From Lytechinus pictus (lineage: Eukaryota), in the NCBI RefSeq assembly GCF_037042905.1, contig NC_087252.1, forward strand, positions 9,922,001 to 9,986,000: 64,000 nt of DNA, read 5' to 3'. The translations under genes and the position numbers were made by a program. Position 1 is the first letter of the stretch. Each line of letters begins with the position of its first letter. Under the pieces are notes generated by a model, which was given only the letters and a program-made list of their open reading frames with translations, searched no databases and was not told the origin of the DNA. Below are positions 30,301 through 44,407 of the stretch, piece after piece.

Positions 30301-33300
30301 ATAATGGTAATTATAATGATAGTGATGAATCGATTGATTAATGTCTCATGCTTAAAAAATGAGAACTAAAGCAACAGCATTAACAAAACCCTAACGCGAC
30401 AGTACATCACAATAATTATAAAGTCGAATCTTCTTTCCTTATATAATATGTAGATCTTAGAATTTGGAATCTGATAATGTATTTGACAAATACCTATCGA
30501 ACAAATACTCCCAGTAAAGCCAAGAACACAATCGCAGGTGTAAGAGTTTATCCCATCTCTACAGGTTCCACCATTCAGACAACTGTCAGGACCACAATTG
30601 TTGATATCTGCGATGAATAAAATACAAAATTACTAAGAAATACTTGTTAGCAAACCAAACTTTCATTGCACTTAAGTACTTAAAGCAAGAGTTAAATGCA
30701 GCCGGTCTAGCGATGGGGCAAATTGTATTGAAAACATTATATTAGTATAATCCATTCGTGTATTTATGACAAACAACTCAAGGTAAACAAGCTGATGAAA
30801 CATGATATCACAAAAAGTATTTTTTAAACTGAATCTTCTATAATATGGAACTGATATTAGTTTAGAAATACCTATCGAACAAATACTCCCAGTAAAGCCA
30901 AGAACACAATCGCAGGTGTAAGAGTTTATTCCATCTCTACAGGTTCCGCCATTCATACAACTGTCAGGACCACAATCGTTAATATCTGGGATGAAAACGA
31001 TACAAATGAGTATAAACAAAACTTGCTGGCAAACATATATTTCATTGCATTCATTCAAACGCATATTTAAATCAAGGTTTAAAAGCAGCCAGTCTAGCGG
31101 TGAGAGACAATGTTTTAAAAATACTTTATAGCTATGATTCATTCGTGTATTTGCAAGTCAAATAGCACAAGATGAACAACCTGATGAAAGAGGATATAAC
31201 AAAAGTAACAAATTGAATCTTCGCCGCTTGAATAATTGATAAAATGTATAATATGGAACTGACAATTTAGCAACCTATTAAACAAATACTTCCAATAAAG
31301 CCAATAACACAATCGCAGGTGAAAGACTTTATATCATTTCTACAGGATGCACCATAACTGTCAGGAACACAACCGTTGATGTATGTAGTAAAGACAGACT
31401 TAGTAACCTAATGTTCATTGTCTTCATGTCCTGTATTTCAAGTATTGTAATACGTCTTTCAAGAGTGCATTTAAATGTTATATCGTAGTTCTTAGGGAAG
31501 TATTCTATATTCATTCCGAAGAAAACTACTTTTGAAAATGTCGAATTAAAGGAAACAAATAAAGTATCGTTTACTTGTTGAGCAAAGTGCACCCGTGAAA
31601 CCAGCAGCACAATCGCAGGTGTAAGAGTATATTCCATCTCTACACGTTCCTCCATTCATACACCGGTCAGGTGCACAATCGTTGATATCTGCGATTATTA
31701 ACATACACAATTAGTTAATTCTTATTAACAACATCATTACTCATTTACTCGATTCTATTTACTTTCATTCATTGTTACATACATGCATATTTTAATGTAA
31801 ATATTAGAAGTCTATCAATAAGGTACATCACTTCAGATTTTTTTTCGTTATATAATAAATAAATTGATGATGGTAATGACAATAATGATAATTATAATGA
31901 TGGTGATGATGATGATGAATTGATTGATTAATGTCTCATGTTTAAAAAAATGACAACTAAAACAACAACATTAACAATAACCTAACGCGACAGTACATCA
32001 CAATAATTATAAAGTCGAATCTTCTTTCCTTGTATAATATGTAGAACCTAAAATTTTTAATCTGATAATGTATTTGACAAATACCTATCGAACAAATACT
32101 CCCAGTAAAGCCAGCAACACAATCGCAGGTGTAAGAGTTTATTCCATCTCTACAGGTTCCTCCATTCATACAACTAACATGACCACACTCGTTGATATCT
32201 GCGATGAATAAGATACACAATTAGTTCATTCTTATTAACAACATCATTACTTATTTACTCGATTATATTTACTTTCATTCATTGTTATATACATGCATAT
32301 TTTAATGTAAATATTAGAAGTCTATCAATTAGGCACATCACTTCGGATTTTTTTTTTCGTTATATAATCAATTAATTGATGATGTTGATGACAATAATGA
32401 TAATTATAATGATGGTGATGATAATGATGATGATTTTGATAAATTGATTGATTAATGTCTCATGCTTAAAAAAATGAGAACTAAAACAACAACATTACCA
32501 ATAACCTAACGCGACAGTACATCACAATAATTATAAAGTCGAATCTTCTTTCCTTATATAATATGTAGATCTTAGAATTTTAAATCTGATAATGTATTTG
32601 ACAAATACCTATCGAACAAATACTCCCAGTAAAGCCAAGAACACAATCGCAGGTGAAAGAGTTTATCCCATCTCTACAGGTTCCACCATTCAGACAACTG
32701 TCAGGACCACAATTGTTGATATCTGCGATGAATAAAATACAAAATTACTAAGAAATACTTGTTAGCAAACCAAACTTTCATTGCACTTAAGTACTTAAAG
32801 CAAGCGTTAAATGCAGCCGGTCTAGCGATGGGGCAAATTGTATTGAAAACATTATATTAGTATAATCCATTCGTGTATTTATGACAAACAACTCAAGGTA
32901 AACAAGCCTATGAAACAGGATATCACAAAAAGTATTTTTTAAACTGAATCTTCTATAATATGGAACTGATATTAGTTTAGAAATACCTATCGAACAAATA
33001 CTCCCAGTAAAGCCAAGAACACAATCGCAGGTGTAAGCGTTTATTCCATCTCTACAGGTTCCGCCATTCATACAACTGTCAGGACCACAATCGTTAATAT
33101 CTGGGATGAAAAGGATACAAATGAGTATAAACAAAACTTGCTGGCAAACATATATTTCATTGCACTCATTCAAATGCATATTTAAATCAAGGGTTAAAAG
33201 CAGCCCGTCTAGCGGTGAGAGACAATGTTTTAAAAATACTTTATAGCTATGATTCATTCGTGTATTTGCAAGTCAAATAGCACAAGATGAACAACCTGAT

Positions 33301-36300
33301 GAAAGAGGATATAACAAAAGTAACAAATTGAATCTTCGCCGCTTGAATAATTATTAAAATGTATAATATGGAACTGACAATTTAGCAACCTATTGAACAA
33401 ATACTTCCAATAAAGCCAATAACACAATCGCAGGTGAAAGACTTTATACCATTTCTACAGGATGCACCATAACTGTCAGGAACACAATCGTTGATGTATG
33501 TAGTAAAGACAGACTTAGTAACCTAATGTTTGTCTTAATGTCCTGTATTTTAATCCTTGTAACACGTGTTTTAAAAGTGCATTTAAATGTTATATCGTAG
33601 CTCTTAGGGAAGCAATCTTTATTTATTCCGATCAAAACTACTTTTGAAAAAGTCGAAATAAAGGAAACAAATAAAGTATCGTTTACTTGTTGAGCAAAGT
33701 GCACCCGTGAAGCCAGTGACACAATCGCAGGTGTAAGAGTTTATTCCATCTATACACGTTCCTCCATTTATACAACTGTCAGGTGCACAATCGTTGATAT
33801 CTGCAATAATAAACATACAAAATTAGTTGATTCTTATTAACAACATCATTACTCATTTACTCGATTATATTTACTTTCATTTATTGTAATATACATGCAT
33901 ATTTTAATGTATATATTAGAAGTCTATCAATTAGGCACATTACTTCGGAATTGTTTTCGTTATATAATCAATTAATTGATGATGGTGATGACAATAATGG
34001 TAATTATAATGATAGTGATGAATCGATTGATTAATGTCTCATGCTTAAAAAATGAGAACTAAAGCAACAGCATTAACAAAACCCTAACGCGACAGTACAT
34101 CACAATAATTATAAAGTCGAATCTTCTTTCCTTATATAATATGTAGATCTTAGAATTTGGAATCTGATAATGTATTTGACAAATACCTATCGAACAAATA
34201 CTCCCAGTAAAGCCAAGAACACAATCGCAGGTGTAAGAGTTTATCCCATCTCTACAGGTTCCACCATTCAGACAACTGTCAGGACCACAATTGTTGATAT
34301 CTGCGATGAATAAAATACAAAATTACTAAGAAATACTTGTTAGCAAACCAAACTTTCATTGCACTTAAGTACTTAAAGCAAGAGTTAAATGCAGCCGGTC
34401 TAGCGATGGGGCAAATTGTATTGAAAACATTATATTAGTATAATCCATTCGTGTATTTATGACAAACAACTCAAGGTAAACAAGCTGATGAAACATGATA
34501 TCACAAAAAGTATTTTTTAAACTGAATCTTCTATAATATGGAACTGATATTAGTTTAGAAATACCTATCGAACAAATACTCCCAGTAAAGCCAAGAACAC
34601 AATCGCAGGTGTAAGAGTTTATTCCATCTCTACAGGTTCCGCCATTCATACAACTGTCAGGACCACAATCGTTAATATCTGGGATGAAAACGATACAAAT
34701 GAGTATAAACAAAACTTGCTGGCAAACATATATTTCATTGCATTCATTCAAACGCATATTTAAATCAAGGTTTAAAAGCAGCCAGTCTAGCGGTGAGAGA
34801 CAATGTTTTAAAAATACTTTATAGCTATGATTCATTCGTGTATTTGCAAGTCAAATAGCACAAGATGAACAACCTGATGAAAGAGGATATAACAAAAGTA
34901 ACAAATTGAATCTTCGCCGCTTTTATAATTGATAAAATGTATAATATGGAACTGACAATTTAGCAACCTATTAAACAAATACTTCCAATAAAGCCAATAA
35001 CACAATCGCAGGTGAAAGACTTTATATCATTTCTACAGGATGCACCATAACTGTCAGGAACACAACCGTTGATGTATGTAGTAAAGACAGACTTAGTAAC
35101 CTAATGTTCATTGTCTTCATGTCCTGTATTTCAAGTATTGTAATACGTCTTTCAAGAGTGCATTTAAATGTTATATCGTAGTTCTTAGGGAAGTATTCTA
35201 TATTCATTCCGAAGAAAACTACTTTTGAAAATGTCGAAATAAAGGAAACAAATAAAGTATCGTTTACTTGTTGAGCAAAGTGCACCCGTGAAACCAGCAG
35301 CACAATCGCAGGTGTAAGAGTATATTCCATCTCTACACGTTCCTCCATTCATACACCGGTCAGGTGCACAATCGTTGATATCTGCGATAATTAACATACA
35401 CAATTAGTTAATTCTTATTAACAACATCATTACTCATTTACTCGATTCTATTTACTTTCATTCATTGTAATATACATGCATATTTTAATGTAAATATTAG
35501 AAGTCTATCAATAAGGTACATCACTTCAGATTTTTTTTCGTTATATAATAAATAAATTGATGATGGTAATGACAATAATGATAATTATAATGATGGTAAT
35601 GATGATGATGAATTGATTGATTAATGTCTCATGTTTAAAAAAATGACAACTAAAACAACAACATTAACAATAACCTAACGCGACAGTACATCACAATAAT
35701 TATAAAGTCGAATCTTCTTTCCTTGTATAATATGTAGAACCTAAAATTTTTAATCTGATAATGTATTTGACAAATACCTATTGAACAAATACTCCCAGTA
35801 AAGCCAGCAACACAATCGCAGGTGTAAGAGTTTATTCCATCTCTACAGGTTCCTCCATTCATACAACTAACATGACCACACTCGTTGATATCTGCGATGA
35901 ATAAGATACACAATTAGTTCATTCTTATTAACAACATCATTACTTATTTACTCGATTATATTTACTTTCATTCATTGTTATATACATGCATATTTTAATG
36001 TAAATATTAGAAGTCTATCAATTAGGCACATCACTTCGGATTTTTTTTTTCGTTATATAATCAATTAATTGATGATGTTGATGACAATAATGATAATTAT
36101 AATGATGGTGATGATAATGATGATGATCTTGATAAATTGATTGATTAATGTCTCATGCTTAAAAAAATGAGAACTAAAACAACAACATTAACAATAACCT
36201 AACGCGACAGTACATCACAATAATTATAAAGTCGAATCTTCTTTCCTTATATAATATGTAGATCTTAGAATTTTAAATCTGATAATGTATTTGACAAATA

Positions 36301-39300
36301 CCTATCGAACAAATACTCCCAGTAAAGCCAAGAACACAATCGCAGGTGAAAGAGTTTATCCCATCTCTACAGGTTCCACCATTCAGACAACTGTCAGGAC
36401 CACAATTGTTGATATCTGCGATGAATAAAATACAAAATTACTAAGAAATACTTGTTAGCAAACCAAACTTTCATTGCACTTAAGTACTTAAAGCAAGAGT
36501 TAAATGCAGCCGGTCTAGCGATGGGGCAAATTGTATTTGAAAACATTATATTAGTATAATCCATTCGTGTATTTATGACAAACAACTCAAGGTAAACAAG
36601 CTGATGAAACAGGATATCACAAAAAGTATTTTTTAAACTGAATCTTCTATAATATGAAACTGATATTAGTTTAGAAATACCTATCGAACAAATACTCCCA
36701 GTAAAGCCAAGAACACAATCGCAGGTGTAAGCGTTTATTCCATCTCTACAGGTTCCGCCATTCATACAACTGTCAGGACCACAATCGTTAATATCTGGGA
36801 TGAAAAGGATACAAATGAGTATAAACAAAACTTGCTGGCAAACATATATTTCATTGCACGCATTCAAATGCATATTTAAATCAAGGGTTAAAAGCAGCCA
36901 GTCTAGCGGTGAGAGACAATGTTTTAAAAATACTTTATAGCTATGATTCATTCGTGTATTTGTAAGTCAAATAGCACAAGATGAACAACCTGATGAAAGA
37001 GGATATAACAAAAGTAACAAATTGAATCTTCGCCGCTTGAATAATTATTAAAATGTATAATATGGAACTGACAATTATCAACCTATTGAACAAATACTTC
37101 CAATAAAGCCAATAACACAATCGCAGGTTAAAGATTTTATACCATTTCTACAGGATGCACCATAACTGTCAGGAACACAATCGTTGATGTATGTAGTAAA
37201 GACAGACTTAGTAACCTAATGTTTGTCTTCATGTCCTGTATTTTAATCCTTGTAACACGTGTTTTAAAAGTGCATTTAAATGTTATATCGTAGCTCTTAG
37301 GGAAGCAATCTTTATTTATTCCGATCAAAACTACTTTTGAAAAAGTCGAAATAAAGGAAACAAATAAAGTATCGTTTACTTGTTGAGCAAAGTGCACCCG
37401 TGAAGCCAGTGACACAATCGCAGGTGTAAGAGTTTATTCCATCTATACACGTTCCTCCATTTATACAACTGTCAGGTGCACAATCGTTGATATCTGCAAT
37501 AATAAACATACAAAATTAGTTAATTCTTATTAACAACATCATTACTCATTTACTCGATTATTTTTACTTTCATTTATTTTAATATACATGCATATTTCAA
37601 TGTAAATATTAGAAGTCTATCAATTAGGCACATTACTTCGGAATTGTTTTCGTTATATAATCAATTAATTGATGATGGTGATGACAATAATGGTAATTAT
37701 AATGATAGTGATGAATCGATTGATTAATGTCTCATGCTTAAAAAATGAGAACTAAAGCAACAACATTAACAAAACCCTAACGCGACAGTACATCACAATA
37801 ATTATAAAGTCGAATCTTCTTTCCTTATATAATATGTAGATCTTAGAATTTGGAATCTGATAATGTATTTGACAAATACCTATCGAACAAATACTCCCAG
37901 TAAAGCCAAGAACACAATCGCAGGTGTAAGAGTTTATCCCATCTCTACAGGTTCCACCATTCAGACAACTGTCAGGACCACAATTGTTGATATCTGCGAT
38001 GAATAAAATACAAAATTACTAAGAAATACTTGTTAGCAAACCAAACTTTCATTGCACTTAAATATTTAAAGCAAGAGTTAAATGCAGCCGGTCTAGCGAT
38101 GGGGCAAATTGTATTGAAAACATTACATTAGTATAATCCATTCGTATATTTATGACAAACAACTCAAGGTAAACAAGCTGATGAAACATGATATCACAAA
38201 AAGTATTTTTTAAACTGAATCTTCTATAATATGGAACTGATATTAGTTTAGAAATACCTATCGAACAAATACTCCCAGTAAAGCCAAGAACACAATCGCA
38301 GATGTAAGAGTTTATTCCATCTCTACAGGTTCCGCCATTCATACAACTGTCAGGACCACAATCGTTAATATCTGGGATGAAAAGGATACAAATGAGTATA
38401 AACAAAACTTGCTGGCAAACATATATTTCATTGCATTCATTCAAACGCATATTTAAATCAAGGTTTAAAAGCAGCCAGTCTAGCGGTGAGAGACAATGTT
38501 TTAAAAATACTTTATAGCTATGATTCATTCGTGTATTTGCAAGTCAAATAGCACAAGATGAACAACCTGATGAAAGAGGATATAACAAAAGTAACAAATT
38601 GAATCTTCGCCGCTTGAATAATTGATAAAATGTATAATATGGAACTGACAATTTAGCAACCTATTAAACAAATACTTCCAATAAAGCCAATAACACAATC
38701 GCAGGTGAAAGACTTTATACCATTTCTACAGGATGCACCATAACTGTCAGGAACACAACCGTTGATGTATGTAGTAAAGACAGACTTAGTAACCTAATGT
38801 TCATTGTCTTCATGTCCTGTATTTCAAGTATTGTAATACGTCTTTCAAGAGTGCATTTAAATGTTATATCGTAGTTCTTAGGGAAGTATTCTATATTCAT
38901 TCCGAAGAAAACTACTTTTGAAAATGTCGAAATAAAGGAAACAAATAAAGTATCGTTTACTTGTTGAGCAAAGTGCACCCGTGAAGCCAGCAGCACAATC
39001 GCAGGTGTAAGAGTATATTCCATCTCTACACGTTCCTCCATTCATACACCGGTCAGGTGCACAATCGTTGATATCTGCGATAATTAACATACACAATTAG
39101 TTAATTCTTATTAACAACATCACTACTCATTTACTCGATTATATTTACTTTCATTTATTGTAATATACATGCATATTTTAATGTATATATTAGAAGTCTA
39201 TCAATTAGGCACATTACTTCGGATTTTTTTTCGTTATATAATAAATTAATTGATGATGGTAATGACAATAATGATAATTATAATGATGGTGATGATGATG

Positions 39301-42300
39301 ATGAATTGATTGATTAATGTCTCATGTTTAAAAAAATGAGAACTAAAACAACAACATTAACAATAACCTAACGCGACAGTACATCACAATAATTATAAAG
39401 TCGAATCTTCTTTCCTTATATAATATGTAGAACCTAAAATTTTTAATCTGATAATGTATTTGACAAATACCTATCGAACAAATACTCCCAGTAAAGCCAG
39501 CAACACAATCGCAGGTGTAAGAGTTTATTCCATCTCTACAGGTTCCTCCATTCATACAACTAACATGACTACACTCGTTGATATCTGCGATGGATAAGAT
39601 ACACAATTAGTTCATTCTTATTAACAACATCATTACTTATTTACTCGATTATATTTACTTTCATTCATTGTTATATACATGCATATTTTAATGTAAATAT
39701 TAGAAGTCTATCAATTAGGCACATCACTTCGGATTTTTTTTTCGTTATATAATCAATTAATTGATGATGGTGATGACAATAATGATAATTATAATGATGG
39801 TGATGATAATGATGATGATCTTGATAAATTGATTGATTAATGTCTCATGCTTAAAAAAATGAGAACTAAAACAACAACATTAACAATAACCTAACGCGAC
39901 AGTACATCACAATAATTATAAAGTCGAATCTTCTTTCCTTATATAATATGTAGATCTTAGAATTTTAAATCTGATAATGTATTTGACAAATACCTATCGA
40001 ACAAATACTCCCAGTAAAGCCAAGAACACAATCGCAGGTGAAAGAGTTTATCCCATCTCTACAGGTTCCACCATTCAGACAACTGTCAGGACCACAATTG
40101 TTGATATCTGCGATGAATAAAATACAAAATTACTAAGAAATACTTGTTAGCAAACCAAACTTTCATTGCACTTAAGTACTTAAAGCAAGCGTTAAATGCA
40201 GCCGGTCTAGCGATGGGGCAAATTGTATTGAAAACATTATATTAGTATAATCCATTCGTGTATTTATGACAAACAACTCAAGGTAAACAAGCTGATGAAA
40301 CAGGATATCACAAAAAGTATTTTTTAAACTGATTCTTCTATAATATGAAACTGATATTAGTTTAGAAATACCTATCGAACAAATACTCCCAGTAAAGCCA
40401 AGAACACAATCGCAGGTGTAAGCGTTTATTCCATCTCTACAGGTTCCGCCATTCATACAACTGTCAGGACCACAATCGTTAATATCTGGGATGAAAAGGA
40501 TACAAATGAGTATAAACAAAACTTGCTGGCAAACATATAATTCATTGCACTCATTCAAATGCATATTTAAATCAAGGGTTAAAAGCAGCCAGTCTAGCGG
40601 TGAGAGACAATGTTTTAAAAATACTTTATAGCTATGATTCATTCGTGTATTTGCAAGTCAAATAGCACAAGATGAACAACCTGATGAAAGAGGATATAAC
40701 AAAAGTAACAAATTGAATCTTCGCCGCTTGAATAATTATTAAAATGTATAATATGGAACTGACAATTTATCAACCTATTGAACAAATACTTCCAATAAAG
40801 CCAATAACACAATCGCAGGTTAAAGACTTTATACCATTTCTACAGGATGCACCATAACTGTCAGGAACACAATCGTTGATGTATGTAGTAAAGACAGACT
40901 TAGTAACCTAATGTTTGTCTTCATGTCCTGTATTTTAATCCTTGTAACACGTGTTTTAAAAGTGCATTTAAATGTTATATCGTAGCTCTTAGGGAAGCAA
41001 TCTTTATTTATTCCGATCAAAACTACTTTTGAAAAAGTCGAAATAAAGGAAACAAATAAAGTATCGTTTACTTGTTGAGCAAAGTGCACCCGTGAAGCCA
41101 GTGACACAATCGCAGGTGTAAGAGTTTATTCCATCTATACACGTTCCTCCATTTATACAACTGTCAGGTGCACAATCGTTGATATCTGCAATAATAAACA
41201 TACAAAATTAGTTAATTCTTATTAACAACATCATTACTCATTTACTCGATTATTTTTACTTTCATTTATTTTAATATACATGCATATTTTAATGTAAATA
41301 TTAGAAGTCTATCAATTAGGCACATTACTTCGGAATTGTTTTCGTTATATAATCAATTAATTGATGATGGTGATGACAATAATGGTAATTATAATGATAG
41401 TGATGAATCGATTGATTAATGTCTCATGCTTAAAAAATGAGAACTAAAGCAACAACATTAACAAAACCCTAACGCGACAGTACATCGCAATAATTATAAA
41501 GTCGAATCTTCTTTCCTTATATAATATGTAGATCTTAGAGTTTGGAATCTGATAATGTATTTGACAAATACCTATCGAACAAATACTCCCAGTAAAGCCA
41601 AGAACACAATCGCAGGTGTAAGAGTTTATCCCATCTCTACAGGTTCCACCATTCATGCAACTGTCAGGACCACAATCGTTGATGTCTGCGATGAATAACA
41701 TACACAATTAGTACATTCTTGTTTGCCACATTATTACACATTTACTATATTATATTATATTTCATTCATTGCAATATACATTGCATATCTTAATGTAAAT
41801 AACATCAATTAGGCACATTACTTTGGACATTGTTCCGTTATATATGAATTGATGATGATGATGATGATAGACTGATTGTTTTATTTTACGTAAATGAGAA
41901 CCCAAACAACATTTAAAAAACCTAACGCGACAGTTTATTACAATAATTTTAAAGTCATATCTTCTTGTTTAATTACAGTTCCTATAATTTCCGAATTGAT
42001 GATATATTTGACAAATACCTATTGAACAAGTACTTCCAGTAAAGCCGGGAACACAATCGCAGGTGTAAGAGTTTATTTCATCTCTACAGGTTCCACCATG
42101 CAAACAACTGTCAGGACCACAATCGTTGATATCTGCGATGAATAAGATACAAAATTAGTAAGAAATTATCGTTAGCAAACCAATATTTAATTGCACTTAT
42201 GTATTTAAAGCAAGAGTTAAATGCAGTTAGTCTAGCGATGTGGCACATTGTTTTAAAAACATTATATTAGTATATTTCAATCGTGTATGTATGACAAATA

Positions 42301-43716
42301 ACACAAGATAAACAACCTTATGAATCAGGATATTGCAAAAAGTTTTTTTTTTAATGAATCTTCTATTATATGGAACTTATGATAATTTGACAAACCTATC
42401 GAACAAATACTTCCAGTAAAGCCAGCAACACAATCGCAGGTGTACGAGTTTATCCCATCTCTACAGGTTCCACCATTCATACAACTGTCAGTGCCACAAT
42501 TGTTGATATCTGTAATATTACACAGAACATATATATTTACTTATTTGTTCGATTATTTTTTCATATCAGTCCTTCGAATATACATGTACATTGGAATGTT
42601 ATTACACAAAGTATAACAATTATGCACATTACTTCTGAAATATACCGTTGTATTAATACTTAATTGACATACTTGCAATTATTGTCCTCGTGTGCAATAT
42701 TAACATCGTACTTTCACTTCTGGTGTGACAATAATAATGGTGATAATAATGACAATATTAAAATATTTATCAGTTTCTAGGGAGTCTGTATCCTCATCTC
42801 TACTTTCCCTTTTTGTGCTCGCTTCAATTTCTACTTAACTTACATTTTAGTGACCATTGTTAAATGTTATGTATTATATAATGAGTATTTTTTTATTCTT
42901 AAGGCTGCCTCTTTCTTTTTCCAGTTTACACCTCTTGCTTTCCCTTTTCTTTTGACTTATCCCTATTTCTTTCCTTTTTCCCATCTCTTTCCTCCCCTCT
43001 CTACTCTTTCTTCCTAATTGTTAACTCCCCCTATTATTTCATTGGTAACACTTTGTAGTAATTATGTTATGGCTTTTGGCATTTACTTACGATACATTTC
43101 TTTTTCATCAGCTTGAATCTGTATTGTATTTAAATATTCATTTATAATGTTTACTTTATATTTGGTTATGTTTCTATTTCTACATGTAAACAGTCACACA
43201 TGTCAGTCTTTGACTGCTTGTAATTGCAATAGAAATCCAATACATTTACATGTTTAGAATGAAATTAAAACCAAAAGAAACGTTTCAAATGCGTGTCAGG
43301 AATTACAGGATATTACATTTTAATATCCCTTTCCAAAATAATGCGACAAAATGCACACAGATGTGGTGCAGCGCCCTTTTACACAATGATCATTGAAACC
43401 AAGTGTGATAAAAAATTGATGCAAATAAAAAAAGGAGAGCAAGTTGAAAAAAACCTTCAGAAATTGATGGACATGACCTAATGTCATTTGACCTTTTGAA
43501 CCCTACACGACCTTTGACCCCAGCATACTAATGAGCTAACATATGGTATTACCCATGGATCAAATATACCAAGTATGAGCAAAACTGATGTACAAATAAA
43601 ACATGTAAAAGCAAATTTAACAAAAACTGTATTTTTTAACAGACCAGCGAACTAATAGACCAACATAAAAAAATGATCACTTGGTCTCCGCCGAACACCG
43701 AACTATATTTCAAAAT

Positions 43717-43757
<41 letters not shown>

Positions 43758-43877
43758 CAATTTAAAACAATATCAGTCATGCAATTTTATTACAATACGA
43801 TACATATTTGCGGAAACAAAATCTTAAGTGAGTAATTTGTCAAACAAGATACCGTGTGTGTGTGTGTGTATGTTTGC

Positions 43878-43969
<92 letters not shown>

Positions 43970-44360
43970 AAGCAGTGTAGCTCAGTCGGTTACAGCGCAT
44001 GTTTCGGATGAGATCGTAGATCTCAACGTGAGGGGTTCGAGTCGAAACGCGCCTAACAAAAAATCTGATGCTATAGCGTTGTGTGTTAGTGTGCCTCACC
44101 ACTGTATTCAGTGCAGGTGTGGATACAGTTGGAAAACACTCCGTCCATCGGAAAGGACGCAAATGTTGGTCCCGTGTATAGGAGAGTCACATCCTATGCA
44201 CGTTAAAACCAATACACGATTCGTCAAAGGGTAGGGTGTTCACCCGGTGTATTGCACCTGCAGGTCCCGGCAAAATTCAGGTCAAGTCAATCTTGACGTT
44301 CACATGCCATAATAATCAATATAATGATTGTGGGCATTAACGGAAAGACAAGAAGATATG

Positions 44361-44407
<47 letters not shown>

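Larger units (their letters stand above)
21707..41700. repeat. 3693-bp higher-order repeat (1578-bp unit + 2115-bp unit), five copies plus a final short unit
   Basis: ORF starts 23286, 26979, 30672, 34365 and 38058 are exactly 3693 apart. Long units carry variants C', psi-B', D' and the extra exon E. Confidence 0.96.

Noticed and set aside
36394..36951. Extended 185-aa ORF as a special variant
   Set aside because: Caused by a 1-bp insertion in an intron (~36535); the exons are unaffected.
1..41700. CRISPR-like repeat-spacer array or diversity-cassette system
   Set aside because: The repeats are spliceosomal coding exons, the 'spacers' are themselves repeated introns, no cas or dedicated RT gene is linked, and exon diversity is low.
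2..41707. Repeated 156/92/65/87/108-aa ORFs as a tandem cluster of small single-exon genes with hydrophobic tails
   Set aside because: EGF similarity begins and ends exactly at AG/GT sites. The flanks are AT-rich intron read-through, and the 92/108-aa ORFs are off-frame.
42673..42719. Possible 47-bp exon (CCAG…A|GTATGT) with in-frame [11 protein letters not shown] as the gene's start
   Set aside because: It does not look like a signal peptide, creates a stop if spliced after exon 53480, and sits where intron-family homology fades. Unsupported without RNA data.
42780..43700. Pyrimidine-rich tract and TGACCTTT-containing segment as defined elements
   Set aside because: Probably transposon remnants, but I could not establish termini, TSDs or a second copy.
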